This document shows, in pieces, positions 1 to 9,552 of a stretch of DNA of 64,000 nucleotides. Below the pieces are notes generated by a model. It was given only the letters and a program-made list of their open reading frames with translations. It did not search any database and was not told the DNA's origin. Source of the DNA: an uncultured Bacillales bacterium (GTDB lineage Bacteria > Bacillota_I > Bacilli_A > RFN20 > CAG-288); NCBI GenBank assembly GCA_949287425.1, contig CASEGJ010000007.1, positions 17,232-81,231 of the forward strand. The letters run 5' to 3'. The number at the start of each line of letters is the position of its first letter. Position 1 is the first letter of the stretch. The position numbers and the translations under genes are program-made.

Positions 1-1700
1 ACACTCAAGATGCATATTCTAAAACGGAATTAAAATTTACTAATGGTGAAGTTTATACTAATGGAATGCAATTAGGTATATCTGTTTTGGGCGTATCAAT
101 TAATTTATCTACTGATACTGTATATTTTCCGGTTCCATATAAGTATCAAGTTTCTTTAGAAAATTGCAATGTTGATTTTAATAGTAAATTTAGATTTATG
201 CCGGGTTCTTCATTATATATTGATGAAAGTTCTATAGTAAACTTTAATGAAAATATGATGTTTTATCAAAGTTATGAAGATAAATCAACTATTAGAAAAA
301 TTTATCCGACAAAAGAAAAGCTACTTGCTAAAGGCTTTAGTGACAAAGCAGATTTAGTAGTTGATGGAGAGTTAAATGTAAAATCTAATTTTGGTGGATA
401 TATTCAGCCAGGAAGTAAGGGAACTGCTACATTAAATTTTGCATCTACTTTTAAAAATGGAGTTGCTGAAAAAGAAGGTCAGGGAGATGTGTCAAAGGGT
501 GATTTACTCGGAAATACTTCTGAGGTTTTAGCAGGAAACTTAGAGGTTATTGCAAAATGTTGTAGATTTGCCACTTATGCCAATTATTCTGAATCAGCTG
601 TAGGTCCATATTTTAATTCTCAAACTGGAAATAATGATTTATATTTTGAAGCCAATCAATCTTTTAGATCTAAAGATTGTAATTGGGTTAATAATTTAGA
701 ATCTTCAGATAGTTTTTATATAAAAAAATATCGTGTAAAATTTGAATTTGCCACAAAAGAAGAATCTAACATTGATGAATTTACAGTAACAGTTGCTGAT
801 GATTCTAATGGAATTAATTCCAAAGTTTATAATTTAACTAGGGACAATATGTATCCTATTTTAGTTAAAGAAGGGCAATATTTTAAACTTGAGTCTGATA
901 GTAAAGCGACTATTGCTTTGACAACACCTTCTGGAAGCTATACTAAAGGTCAATATATTCAGCCTACTCAAGATTACTTATTTACAATTACTTTAGATGC
1001 AGATCAAAATACTCCTGGTTGTGTTATTGAAGGCACTTTAGTAACTATGGCAGATGGTAGTTATAGAAAAGTAGAAGAACTTAAAAACGGTGATTTATTA
1101 ATGGTGTTTAATCATGAAACTGGTAAATTAGATGGTGCTCCTATCATGGTATATGAAAAAGAACCATTACAAGAATATAGAATTATTAATTGTCAATTTG
1201 ATGATGAATTAGTGAAAATCAATTATGAACATGGTTTCTTCGATTTAGATTTAAATAAATATGTATATTTTAACGATAATAATTATGCCAATTTTATTGG
1301 TCATAGATTTGTTGGCTTTAAAAATGGTCAAAAGACTATTCAAACTTTAAAAGATTGTTATGTTACTTATGAAACATGTAAAGTTTATGGTTTTGCTACT
1401 TATAAACATTATAATTGTATAACTAATAATATTCTTTCTATTGAAGGTGGTATAGATGGTTTATTTAATATCTTCGAATATGAAAATGATAGTTTAAGAT
1501 ACGACCCAGTTAAGAAACAACAAGATATAGAAAAGTATGGATTATACACTTACGACGATTTAAAACATATCGCTAATGAAATTATTTTTGATGCAGCTAA
1601 TGGACCATATTTAAAAGTTGCTGTTGGTAAAGGTATATTAACTTTGGAAAGATTCAAAGAAATCGTTGATAGATATGGCGATGAAGTCGAATTAAATTAA
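1..1700 (+). CDS. Large secreted/surface protein (5' end outside window) with C-terminal Hint / bacterial intein-like domain
   Basis: The frame stays open from nt 3 upstream of the listed ORF 66..1700, so the N-terminus is outside the window. ORF aa 319-458 (nt 1020-1439) carry Hint blocks: nucleophile Cys in TPG-CVIEGTLVTMADGSYRKVEELKNGDLL, INYEHGFF (TxxH-like), and VYGFATYKHYNCITNNILS (block F-like). Confidence 0.6.
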   Translation, partial: TQDAYSKTELKFTNGEVYTNGMQLGISVLGVSINLSTDTVYFPVPYKYQVSLENCNVDFNSKFRFMPGSSLYIDESSIVNFNENMMFYQSYEDKSTIRKIYPTKEKLLAKGFSDKADLVVDGELNVKSNFGGYIQPGSKGTATLNFASTFKNGVAEKEGQGDVSKGDLLGNTSEVLAGNLEVIAKCCRFATYANYSESAVGPYFNSQTGNNDLYFEANQSFRSKDCNWVNNLESSDSFYIKKYRVKFEFATKEESNIDEFTVTVADDSNGINSKVYNLTRDNMYPILVKEGQYFKLESDSKATIALTTPSGSYTKGQYIQPTQDYLFTITLDADQNTPGCVIEGTLVTMADGSYRKVEELKNGDLLMVFNHETGKLDGAPIMVYEKEPLQEYRIINCQFDDELVKINYEHGFFDLDLNKYVYFNDNNYANFIGHRFVGFKNGQKTIQTLKDCYVTYETCKVYGFATYKHYNCITNNILSIEGGIDGLFNIFEYENDSLRYDPVKKQQDIEKYGLYTYDDLKHIANEIIFDAANGPYLKVAVGKGILTLERFKEIVDRYGDEVELN

Positions 1701-1722
1701 TTAGTTTTGTTATAATTTAATC

Positions 1723-3705
1723 ATGGACAGAGCTAAAGTTAGGGAAATATATTCTAAATTAAAAGCTAATCACCCTGAAGATATTTTGCGTCACTTTCCT
1801 AAAAAATACGAGTCTAATCAAGTTACTAATTTGAATGGGGATTTTTTTCAAGGTCAAAGTGTCGTTTTATTTGGAGTAGCAGAAAAAATAACATCCATCA
1901 AAGCCGGTAATATTATTAGATTTGAAGTTAACAGCTCCATTTTCCATATTAATACCAAGGCTATGATATTTAATCAACCATTTTATTTAAAAATGCTTTC
2001 TAATAAAGCTAGTTATTTTTTCTTTGGAACATATTCTGAAAGATTAAAGTTAGTTTTAGTTACTAGTATCTTATCTACTAACAATTATTTAGTTCAATTG
2101 CCATTTAGGCCTATATATTCTTTACCAACTTCTATTTCCCAATCTAATTTTTATATTTTGATTCACGATATTTTAGAAAACGATGGAGATTATATAGTCT
2201 CTAATTTACCTAAAAAATATATTGATAAATATAAATTAGAACCTATCTTTCAAGCATATAAAGATGTTCATATTCCTTTTAATAAAGATACTATCTATCG
2301 TGGATTAAGAGTTTTTAAATATATGGAAGCTTTAAAATACGCCTTAGTTAATCTTTATAATTTAAAAAATCAGGAAGTTATTAAGAAAAAAGAGATGCTT
2401 CCAATTGATAAAAGTAAAATCAACGATTTTATTTTAAAATTGCCATTTAAATTAACTAAGGATCAAATTGAAGCTATTAGAGAAATTATTCTCGATATGG
2501 ATTCAACTAAGCTGATGAATAGATTACTTGAAGGGGATGTTGGAACTGGTAAAACAATAGTCTGTTTCACTTGTTTATATGCTAATTATCTTAGAAAGGG
2601 TCAAGGGGTATTATTAGCTCCTACTCAAACTTTAGCTAATCAGCACTACCAAAATGCTTTAGAGACTTTTAAAGATTACGATATTAAAATTTGTCTATTA
2701 ACTTCTAATACATCTAGTAAAGAAATCAAATTAATAAAAGAAGGTTATTATAATATTGTTATTGGAACTCATTCTGTTTTTTCTAACAAAGTTGAATATA
2801 AAGATCTCACTTTAACAATTATTGATGAACAGCATAAATTTGGAGTTAAACAGCGTCAGCAGATTATTCAAAAAAGCTTATATAACGATGTTTTAATGAT
2901 GTCAGCCACCCCAATTCCTCAGACTTTAACTAAGATTATTGTCGATGATTTATCTGTTTCAGTTTTAAAAAGTTTTCCTTTTAAAGAAAGGGAAGTTACT
3001 TCTAAAGTTGTTACTAGCGATGATCCGATAATTTTTAAATCTATTTCTCACGCTTTAGAAATTAAAAAGCAAGTGTATATTGTCGCACCTAAAATTGAAG
3101 ACAATGAAAAATCTAACAAATTATCAAGTAAGTATATTTATGAAGAAATGGTTAAAAAATACGGTGAAGAAAATATCGGTTTACTTACTGGTAAAATGAA
3201 ACTTGATGAACAAGAAAAAGTCTATGAGGAATTTAAATCAGGTAAAAAGTTAATATTAGTTTCCACTTCTTTAATTGAAGTAGGAGTTGATGTAAAAAAT
3301 GCCAGTTTATTAATTATATATGAAGCTAATTATTTTGGTTTAGCTAGTTTACATCAACTGCGTGGAAGAATAGGAAGAAATGGTCAAAAAGCTTTTGCCT
3401 TATTTATCTATGATAAAGATGATCAGCAAGCTTTAGATAAATTAAACTATTTAGCTAGCACTAACGATGGTGAAAAAATCGCTATTTACGATTTAGAACA
3501 CCGTGGAGGAGGAGATCTTCTTTCTTTAAGACAAGTGGGAACTTCTTTTTTACAAGTTGCTAACTTTGTCAAAGACCAAGAGATTTTTAAATGCGCTAAA
3601 CAAGATGCTAAAGAGATTTTAGAAAACGAGAATTTAAAAGAAAACAAGCTATTTATTCAAGATACTTTAAAAGAATATGCTGAATTGAGCCTTACAGAAA
3701 AATAA
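1723..3705 (+). CDS. recG: ATP-dependent DNA helicase RecG
   Basis: 660 aa. RecG-type SF2 motifs are present: GDVGTGKT, DEQHKFG, MSATPIPQTL, LHQLRGRIGR. Confidence 0.9.
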   Translation: MDRAKVREIYSKLKANHPEDILRHFPKKYESNQVTNLNGDFFQGQSVVLFGVAEKITSIKAGNIIRFEVNSSIFHINTKAMIFNQPFYLKMLSNKASYFFFGTYSERLKLVLVTSILSTNNYLVQLPFRPIYSLPTSISQSNFYILIHDILENDGDYIVSNLPKKYIDKYKLEPIFQAYKDVHIPFNKDTIYRGLRVFKYMEALKYALVNLYNLKNQEVIKKKEMLPIDKSKINDFILKLPFKLTKDQIEAIREIILDMDSTKLMNRLLEGDVGTGKTIVCFTCLYANYLRKGQGVLLAPTQTLANQHYQNALETFKDYDIKICLLTSNTSSKEIKLIKEGYYNIVIGTHSVFSNKVEYKDLTLTIIDEQHKFGVKQRQQIIQKSLYNDVLMMSATPIPQTLTKIIVDDLSVSVLKSFPFKEREVTSKVVTSDDPIIFKSISHALEIKKQVYIVAPKIEDNEKSNKLSSKYIYEEMVKKYGEENIGLLTGKMKLDEQEKVYEEFKSGKKLILVSTSLIEVGVDVKNASLLIIYEANYFGLASLHQLRGRIGRNGQKAFALFIYDKDDQQALDKLNYLASTNDGEKIAIYDLEHRGGGDLLSLRQVGTSFLQVANFVKDQEIFKCAKQDAKEILENENLKENKLFIQDTLKEYAELSLTEK

Positions 3706-3800
3706 AATAAAAATATATTGTTAGCTAGCTAATGATATGTTGATTTTTTCCAATTTTTTCTTTATAGTTAAAATTGAGGTTTTTAATAGGAATATTAATT

Positions 3801-4982
3801 ATGGGACAAACATTAAAATACGATATTTTATCAATTCAAGAAAGAGCTGATAACGCTAAAAAAGAAGGCAAAAAGGTAGTCTGTGGATGTGCTGGTATGC
3901 TTTTTAATGAAGATAAAGAGTTAGGTACTTATAAAGTAATTAATGCGGCATTGAAATCCAATTTAACTAACTATCTTGCTTATCCTTCTGTAATTGGTTC
4001 AAGTGAATATAAACAAGGTGTTTTAAATTGGGTTTTTGGAAATAAATTAGAAGAGATTAAAAAGAGATTCGCTATACCTTTTTGTGCAACTTTAGGTGGA
4101 ACTGGGGCTGTTAGTTTTGCTTTTAAACATGAAAAAAGGGAAAATAACGGCAGTGTAGTAATTGCTGATATCCATTGGCCAAATTACGAAAATATCGCTA
4201 GTGAAGCCGATATTGAATTAGTAACTCACGAGATGTTAGATGAAAATAATCAATATAATTTTGCTGATTTACAAGAGAAAATCGATGACTTATTGATTAA
4301 ATATCCTTCTGTTTTATTCGTCTTAAATGATCCTTGTCAAAATCCATCTGGATATTGTTTTACTAAGGATGAATATATCAGATTATTTAATTTATTAAAT
4401 TCTTACGAAGGTAAAGTTAAATTGCTTTTAGATATCGCTTATCTTGATTATGCTCCTATGGGATTTTTATTTATTCCAATCTTATTGAATTTTGATGTAA
4501 AATTTAATATTTCTATCGCTTTTTCTTGTTCTAAATCTTTCGGGGTATATGGATTAAGATTAGGGGCTATTTTTGATTTAGCTGATAAAAATTCTAATTT
4601 TGATGATAAACAGTATTTTTATCGTATGTTAGCTAGATCCACTTATTCATGTCCTAATGGAGCAGCAATTGGACCAATAGCTGAAGTTTTAAATGATTCC
4701 CATAGAGTTGATAGATTGAGAAAGAATATTAAAAAAGAATGTGAAAGAATTTCTGAAGTCGGTAAAAGATTAATTAAATTCTTAGATAGAAAAGGAATTC
4801 AACATCTCCCTTATTATGGAGGTTTTTTCCTAGTTATCAAAGTAGATGATGCTATTAAGACAATTCAAGAATTAGAAGCTAAAGATATTTATTTTGCTTA
4901 TATCAATCCTAATTTAATTAGAATAGCTGTCGCTAGTTTAACATTACAAGATCTTAAAGAATTAGAAAGGAGATTAGCCTAA
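3801..4982 (+). CDS. Class I/II (aspartate/aromatic-type) PLP-dependent aminotransferase
   Basis: Motifs NDPCQNPSG and the PLP-lysine region SCSKSFGVYGLRLG. ATG at 3801 is preferred over the ORF-track TTG at 3774. Substrate specificity cannot be told from sequence. Confidence 0.7.
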   Translation: MGQTLKYDILSIQERADNAKKEGKKVVCGCAGMLFNEDKELGTYKVINAALKSNLTNYLAYPSVIGSSEYKQGVLNWVFGNKLEEIKKRFAIPFCATLGGTGAVSFAFKHEKRENNGSVVIADIHWPNYENIASEADIELVTHEMLDENNQYNFADLQEKIDDLLIKYPSVLFVLNDPCQNPSGYCFTKDEYIRLFNLLNSYEGKVKLLLDIAYLDYAPMGFLFIPILLNFDVKFNISIAFSCSKSFGVYGLRLGAIFDLADKNSNFDDKQYFYRMLARSTYSCPNGAAIGPIAEVLNDSHRVDRLRKNIKKECERISEVGKRLIKFLDRKGIQHLPYYGGFFLVIKVDDAIKTIQELEAKDIYFAYINPNLIRIAVASLTLQDLKELERRLA

Positions 4983-6634
4983 TGAAAAAATTGATTTTAG
5001 ATATTGGAAAAATTCAAACTAAATTTAAAGCTAAAGAATTACTTACATATCCAGAGTTTAAAGCTTTTATCGAAGATTATTTTTCTTATGCTAAATTAGA
5101 AAGACCTAATTCTACTTTCTTTTTAAATGTCAGTGTCGATAAATTTATCCAGTTTTTAATTGATTTAGTTAATAACGATGAAGAAGTTAGTAAACAAGTT
5201 AAAGAATATTCTTTATTAAAAAGAAACGATATTTTAAACTTGATCGATTCTATTTTTGACTATTGGAGAAAGATTGAAAGATATCTAGTTTTTGTCAATA
5301 CTCATAGACTGAGATATCAACATAGAGAATTTGTTGAAAAGTTAAGAGAATTTTCCGATTCTATCGCTGATGCATATAGAGATATTTACGAATTAGTTTC
5401 TTGTAAAGAGCAAACTGTTTATAGAGAATTACCTAGTGGAAGTAACGCAGGTGTTTTATTAACTCAATCAAAAGTTAGTTTACCTGATTCATTAAAATTC
5501 TTAGATGATATTCCACTTATGGAAATGGTTGAAACTAGACCGCCATTTATTATTAAAACTCGTCAAAATAAAAGGGTAGGTTTTTATTTTGAACAAGATA
5601 AAAAAGTTACTTCTTCTGATTTTGATAGTAAGAATGCTTATGGTGTATTAATTAATATATGTAACAAAAAAGCCTTAGTCTATTTTGATTTAGACTACAT
5701 GGGCTTTATTGTCGCTTTAGGTAACTTATTTAAAGTTGAAACTTATACTGAAGATAAAAAAGATCAAATTGATTTTGTAGTTTTATTTGGTACTACTAAT
5801 ACTGGAGATAAATGTTATTACTATAAAGAAAATGGTAAATATATAGGTGTTTTACCAAAGCAAGCCAATATCGATTATTTCGGTTATGCTAAAAAGATGA
5901 TATTGACTTTGTTTAATTTAATTATGATAGAAGAAAAACTCCTTCCAATTCATGGAGCAGGTATTCAAATTAGAAGAGATAACAAAGTTAAAAACTTCGT
6001 TATTCTAGGTGATTCAGGAGCAGGTAAATCTGAAACTATTGAAGCTATTAAAAACCTTTATAAAGATCAATATCAAATTGAAACCATCTTTGATGATATG
6101 GGAACTTTCCATTTAGATAACGATGGAGTCAATATGACTGGAACTGAAATAGGAGCCTTTGTTAGATTAGATGATTTAGACCAAGGTTATTCACTTAGAA
6201 GTGCTGATAGAGCGGTATTTTTAAATATCGATGAAGTTAATTCTAGAGTTGTTATTCCTATTGAAGATGAAATGATGGCGTTTTGTAAGCACCATGTTGA
6301 TTGTTTCTTACTAGCTGATAATTTTACTGATAATAAAGATGGTATTGTCTTTTATAAAGATGCTAATCAAGCTATTCCAGATTTCTTGCTTGGAAAAAGA
6401 ATGGCTATGTCAACAACTTCTGAAACTGGTATAGTTACTACTTTCTTCGCTAATCCATTTGGACCAGTTCAAAAAGAAGAGGAAGTTAGAAAGTTTTTAC
6501 CTAACTATTTTGAAAGATTGTTTAAAGATAATATTCCAGTAGGAAAAATCTATACTAGATTATCTTTGGATAGAAAAGATGGTCCAAAAATTGGAGCTAG
6601 TAAACTAATTGAATTATTTGAAAAGATGGATTAA
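4982..6634 (+). CDS. Uncharacterised P-loop protein with HPr-kinase/PEPCK-like nucleotide-binding motif
   Basis: 550 aa. IHGAGIQIRRDNKVKNFVILGDSGAGKSETIEAI resembles the HprK-type GxSGxGKSE P-loop, followed by a DD motif (IFDDMG). The start ATG overlaps the aminotransferase stop (TAATG). Confidence 0.4.
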   Translation: MKKLILDIGKIQTKFKAKELLTYPEFKAFIEDYFSYAKLERPNSTFFLNVSVDKFIQFLIDLVNNDEEVSKQVKEYSLLKRNDILNLIDSIFDYWRKIERYLVFVNTHRLRYQHREFVEKLREFSDSIADAYRDIYELVSCKEQTVYRELPSGSNAGVLLTQSKVSLPDSLKFLDDIPLMEMVETRPPFIIKTRQNKRVGFYFEQDKKVTSSDFDSKNAYGVLINICNKKALVYFDLDYMGFIVALGNLFKVETYTEDKKDQIDFVVLFGTTNTGDKCYYYKENGKYIGVLPKQANIDYFGYAKKMILTLFNLIMIEEKLLPIHGAGIQIRRDNKVKNFVILGDSGAGKSETIEAIKNLYKDQYQIETIFDDMGTFHLDNDGVNMTGTEIGAFVRLDDLDQGYSLRSADRAVFLNIDEVNSRVVIPIEDEMMAFCKHHVDCFLLADNFTDNKDGIVFYKDANQAIPDFLLGKRMAMSTTSETGIVTTFFANPFGPVQKEEEVRKFLPNYFERLFKDNIPVGKIYTRLSLDRKDGPKIGASKLIELFEKMD

Positions 6635-6650
6635 TCCTCCATCTTTTTTT
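6621..6650. terminator. Bidirectional hairpin terminator between convergent genes
   Basis: AAAAGATGGA-ttaatcc-TCCATCTTTT stem-loop flanked by A-run/T-run. It spans both stop codons (6634 on +, 6631 on -). Confidence 0.6.
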
Positions 6651-7140
6651 CAACATTCAATTTTTTATTTTGAATAGAACTAGTTATTTTAATTGTTAGA
6701 TAAATTAAAGAAAGGACACAAGCAATTATATAGAAAGTAAAGATAAGTGTACCATAGATAGTATCAACCATAAATATTAAGGCAAAAAGTTCAGCTAATA
6801 GATATAAGATTAAAGCTACATAAGATAAGATATTAATTAACTTAAAGTAATCTTTAAAAGATTTAACCATATAATAGCCCATGATAATTACAATTATTAA
6901 GCTAATGATAGGGAAAAGAAAGACTAATGGTTCAAAGAATAATTCAGCTCCTGAATTAGGATAGGCCATCATATTTCCTAAAGTCTGAGTAGTATAATCT
7001 ATACAATATCCATCTTTACATACTGTTTGTGCCTTACCCCAAATAGGCAAATTAGGCTCAAAACCTAAAAGAAGAAAAGCTCCAATTAAAATCAAAAATA
7101 TGACTCCAAATTTGTCGATTTTAGTAAATATTTTAGCCAT
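6631..7140 (-). CDS. Small polytopic membrane protein, function unknown
   Basis: 169 aa with about 5 hydrophobic helices. No recognisable motif. Confidence 0.5.
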   Translation of the reverse strand: MAKIFTKIDKFGVIFLILIGAFLLLGFEPNLPIWGKAQTVCKDGYCIDYTTQTLGNMMAYPNSGAELFFEPLVFLFPIISLIIVIIMGYYMVKSFKDYFKLINILSYVALILYLLAELFALIFMVDTIYGTLIFTFYIIACVLSLIYLTIKITSSIQNKKLNVEKKMED

Positions 7141-7326
7141 AATTTTCCTTTCCGAGAATTAAATTTTAAGGCAAATATTTGACCTCTCATACTTTTAAAA
7201 TACAATAATTGTCATAAAAAAGCAACTATCAAAAATAATGGAAGAATTTTGTTGTAGATTAAATGCTTATATCAAATTAGATTTCTAGTTATAAAAAATA
7301 TAAGATTTTTGTTGAATTTAATTAAA

Positions 7327-8620
7327 TCAAAATTCCAGGCTATTTTTATTTAATAAGAATTCTTTAATTCCCATGATTAAATAGCCTTTATCATTTCTTC
7401 TAGGTTCCATACTTTGAACTACTATTATAATTTTTTTAATGAGTCGTTAATTTTATCAAATGAATGAGTTTCTTTAGCTAATTTTCCTTCGCTAAATATT
7501 TCATAAGCAGATTGAATATAATATCTATTGCTACCTAAATTTGCTACAAAATCAACTTCATATTGGGCTTTGTCTTTTTTCCATCTTGATTTTTTTCGTA
7601 TGATTCAACTACTCCTACATCAACTTTAAATCCGCGATATCTAAGTTCATTATAAATAATATTTTCCATAATATGAGTTTGTTCAACTTGTCTAAAATGG
7701 AGTCTAGCGTTTCTTAAACCAATGTCTTCAAAATATATTTTAAATGGTGTATTAATATATTTTTTCCCTTTAACATCATATCTTTGAACACAACTTATTA
7801 AAAAAGTTTCTTTAAGATAATTAATATAGTTAGATATTGTGTTAACTGAAATAGAGGTACTTTTAACACTTTTAAAAGTGTTAGCTAATTTAGGTGGATT
7901 AACTAAAATAGAAATGTTAGAAGCCATAATATTTAAAAGCTCACCGATATTTTCGTCGTTATTTAAATTATATCTAGCAATAATATCTCTCAAATAAACG
8001 TTTTTCATTTGAGATTCTAAATATTCTATTTTTTGTTCGCTAGTTTTCATTGAACATATAGCAGGTAATCCACCATAAAAAGAATATTCATCAAAAGCAG
8101 TTTCTTTATTTCCAGTATAGGTAGGAAAAAATTCACTAAATGATAATGGCATTATATGAATCTCATCTCCACGGCCAGCAAATTCAGTAATAATATCGCT
8201 CGATAAAAATTTCGAGTCGCTACCAGTTACATATACATCTAAATTTTCTTTCCTAAGATAGCCATTTAAAATAGCTTCAAAACTTTCAAGATTTTGAACT
8301 TCATCTAATAATAGATAATACATATTGTTATCTGTTATTTTTGAAGAAATGTAATTTATGAATTTTTTTGGATCAACTTTTCCTTTTTCGATATTGATAT
8401 CAATTAAATTTTCATCGATTAAATTTAAATCATCAGCTGAATCAAATGCGAATTTAATGATATGATTAGCTGAAACCCCTTGTTTTATTAAATGGTTGTA
8501 AAATAAATGATTTAATAAATACGATTTGCCACATCTTCTAATTCCAGTAATAATTTTAATAAAACCATTGTGCTTTCTAATGATTAATTTGTTTAAATAT
8601 TTATCTCTTTTTATTTTCAT
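7327..8620 (-). pseudogene. DUF4143-type AAA ATPase, disrupted by two homopolymer frameshifts
   Basis: N-terminal 358 aa are collinear with the intact paralog 29558..30811 (ITGIRRCGKSYLL, LLDEVQ). The frame breaks at the T6 run 7575-7580. It resumes as EVDFVANLGSNRYYIQSAY, then breaks again at the T7 run 7431-7437. The tail IIIVVQSMEPRRNDKGYLIMGIKEFLL aligns to the paralog C-terminus. ATG 8620 follows AAGGA. Confidence 0.75.
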
Positions 8621-8633
8621 GGCAAACATCCTT

Positions 8634-8761
8634 ACTGAATATTTTGTTGCATACGCAACATTTTATTCAATGGCATACATTAAAAAGCAAATATAAGGCA
8701 GGTTTATAGGTTCTCACTGAACATTTTGTTGCAAGTGCAATAAAATATTCAATATGCCATA
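8634..8761. repeat. Two tandem ~45-bp dyad-symmetric elements upstream of the DUF4143 ATPase (pseudo)gene
   Basis: Copy A is 8634-8677 (ACTGAATATTTTGTTGCATACGCAACATTTTATTCAATGGCATA). Copy B is 8716-8761 (ACTGAACATTTTGTTGCAAGTGCAATAAAATATTCAATATGCCATA). Each has an internal inverted repeat TGAAyATTTTGTTGC / GCAAyA..TATTCA. Confidence 0.7.
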
Positions 8762-8848
8762 TATTTTCACAATAGAAAGATTAGATAGAATGTATCTTAG
8801 TTTTATAATTTAATTGAACAAATAATCTTATTAACAAATTGTTATATT

Positions 8849-8873
8849 AAAAAACGGCTATCAGAAGATAGCC
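8849..8873 (-). terminator. Rho-independent terminator after pyrE
   Basis: On the minus strand: GGCTATC-ttct-GATAGCC followed by G+TTTTTT, 10 nt downstream of the pyrE stop. Confidence 0.7.
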
Positions 8874-8882
8874 AGCAATTAT

Positions 8883-9551
8883 CTATTTTTTAGCTCCGTA
8901 AGTTAAATAGTATTGCTTGATTCTTTCAAGAAGATCAATATCCATTATTTCTTTATGGTTAGCAAATACATAATCGATAACTTCTTGCATATTTACAATA
9001 CTAGTAGCTTTGAAATTGTATTTATTAGAAAGTTCTTGTAAAGATGAATATGGACTATTTAAGGATTTTTCTTGTCTATCAACTGAGACGATTAATCCAA
9101 TAATATCGACATCTTCAATATCTTTTAATAAGCTAATTGATTCTTCAACAGAAATTCCAGAAGTAACAACATCATCGATTAAGATAACTTTAGCTTTTTT
9201 AAATAGTTGACAACCTAAGATAGTTCCTTTTTCGCCGTGATCTTTAATTTCTTTTCTGTTTGTAGAATAATTGACGTTGATTTTAAAATGGTCATATAAA
9301 GCTTGGCAAGTAGAAACACATAGTGGAATACCTTTATATGAAGGGCCAAATAGGATATCAAATTCAGGGAAATTAGCTTTGATAGCAGCAGCGTAAAATG
9401 AAGCTAATTTGGAAACTTCTTCGCCTGAATAAAATGAACCAGCGTTAAAAAAGAACGGGGATTTTCTACCAGATTTCAAGGTAAAATCACCAAATTTTAA
9501 AGCTTTAGATTCTAAGATAAATTCAATAAATTCTTTTTTATATTCTTCCAT
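8883..9551 (-). CDS. pyrE: Orotate phosphoribosyltransferase
   Basis: PRPP-binding loop VILIDDVVTSGIS. ATG 9551 is preceded by AAGGAG; the ORF-track TTG start at 9566 is less likely. Confidence 0.9.
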   Translation of the reverse strand: MEEYKKEFIEFILESKALKFGDFTLKSGRKSPFFFNAGSFYSGEEVSKLASFYAAAIKANFPEFDILFGPSYKGIPLCVSTCQALYDHFKINVNYSTNRKEIKDHGEKGTILGCQLFKKAKVILIDDVVTSGISVEESISLLKDIEDVDIIGLIVSVDRQEKSLNSPYSSLQELSNKYNFKATSIVNMQEVIDYVFANHKEIMDIDLLERIKQYYLTYGAKK

Positions 9552-9552
9552 A

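Noticed and set aside
1020-1439. A true protein-splicing mini-intein in the first ORF
   Set aside because: The block G His-Asn plus downstream nucleophile is absent at the domain end (..NNILS-IEGG). The internal HYN-C lies within block F. The host is a surface protein rather than a conserved enzyme, so a BIL/Hint autoprocessing domain is the better reading.
7431-7580. Treating the homopolymer frameshifts as proven biological pseudogenisation
   Set aside because: Three independent lesions (7431-7437, 7575-7580, 44114-44120) are all runs that appear one A/T short. This is also the signature of homopolymer sequencing error, so they are reported as unresolved. The 27.9-29.2 kb fragments have too many different lesions to be explained by error.
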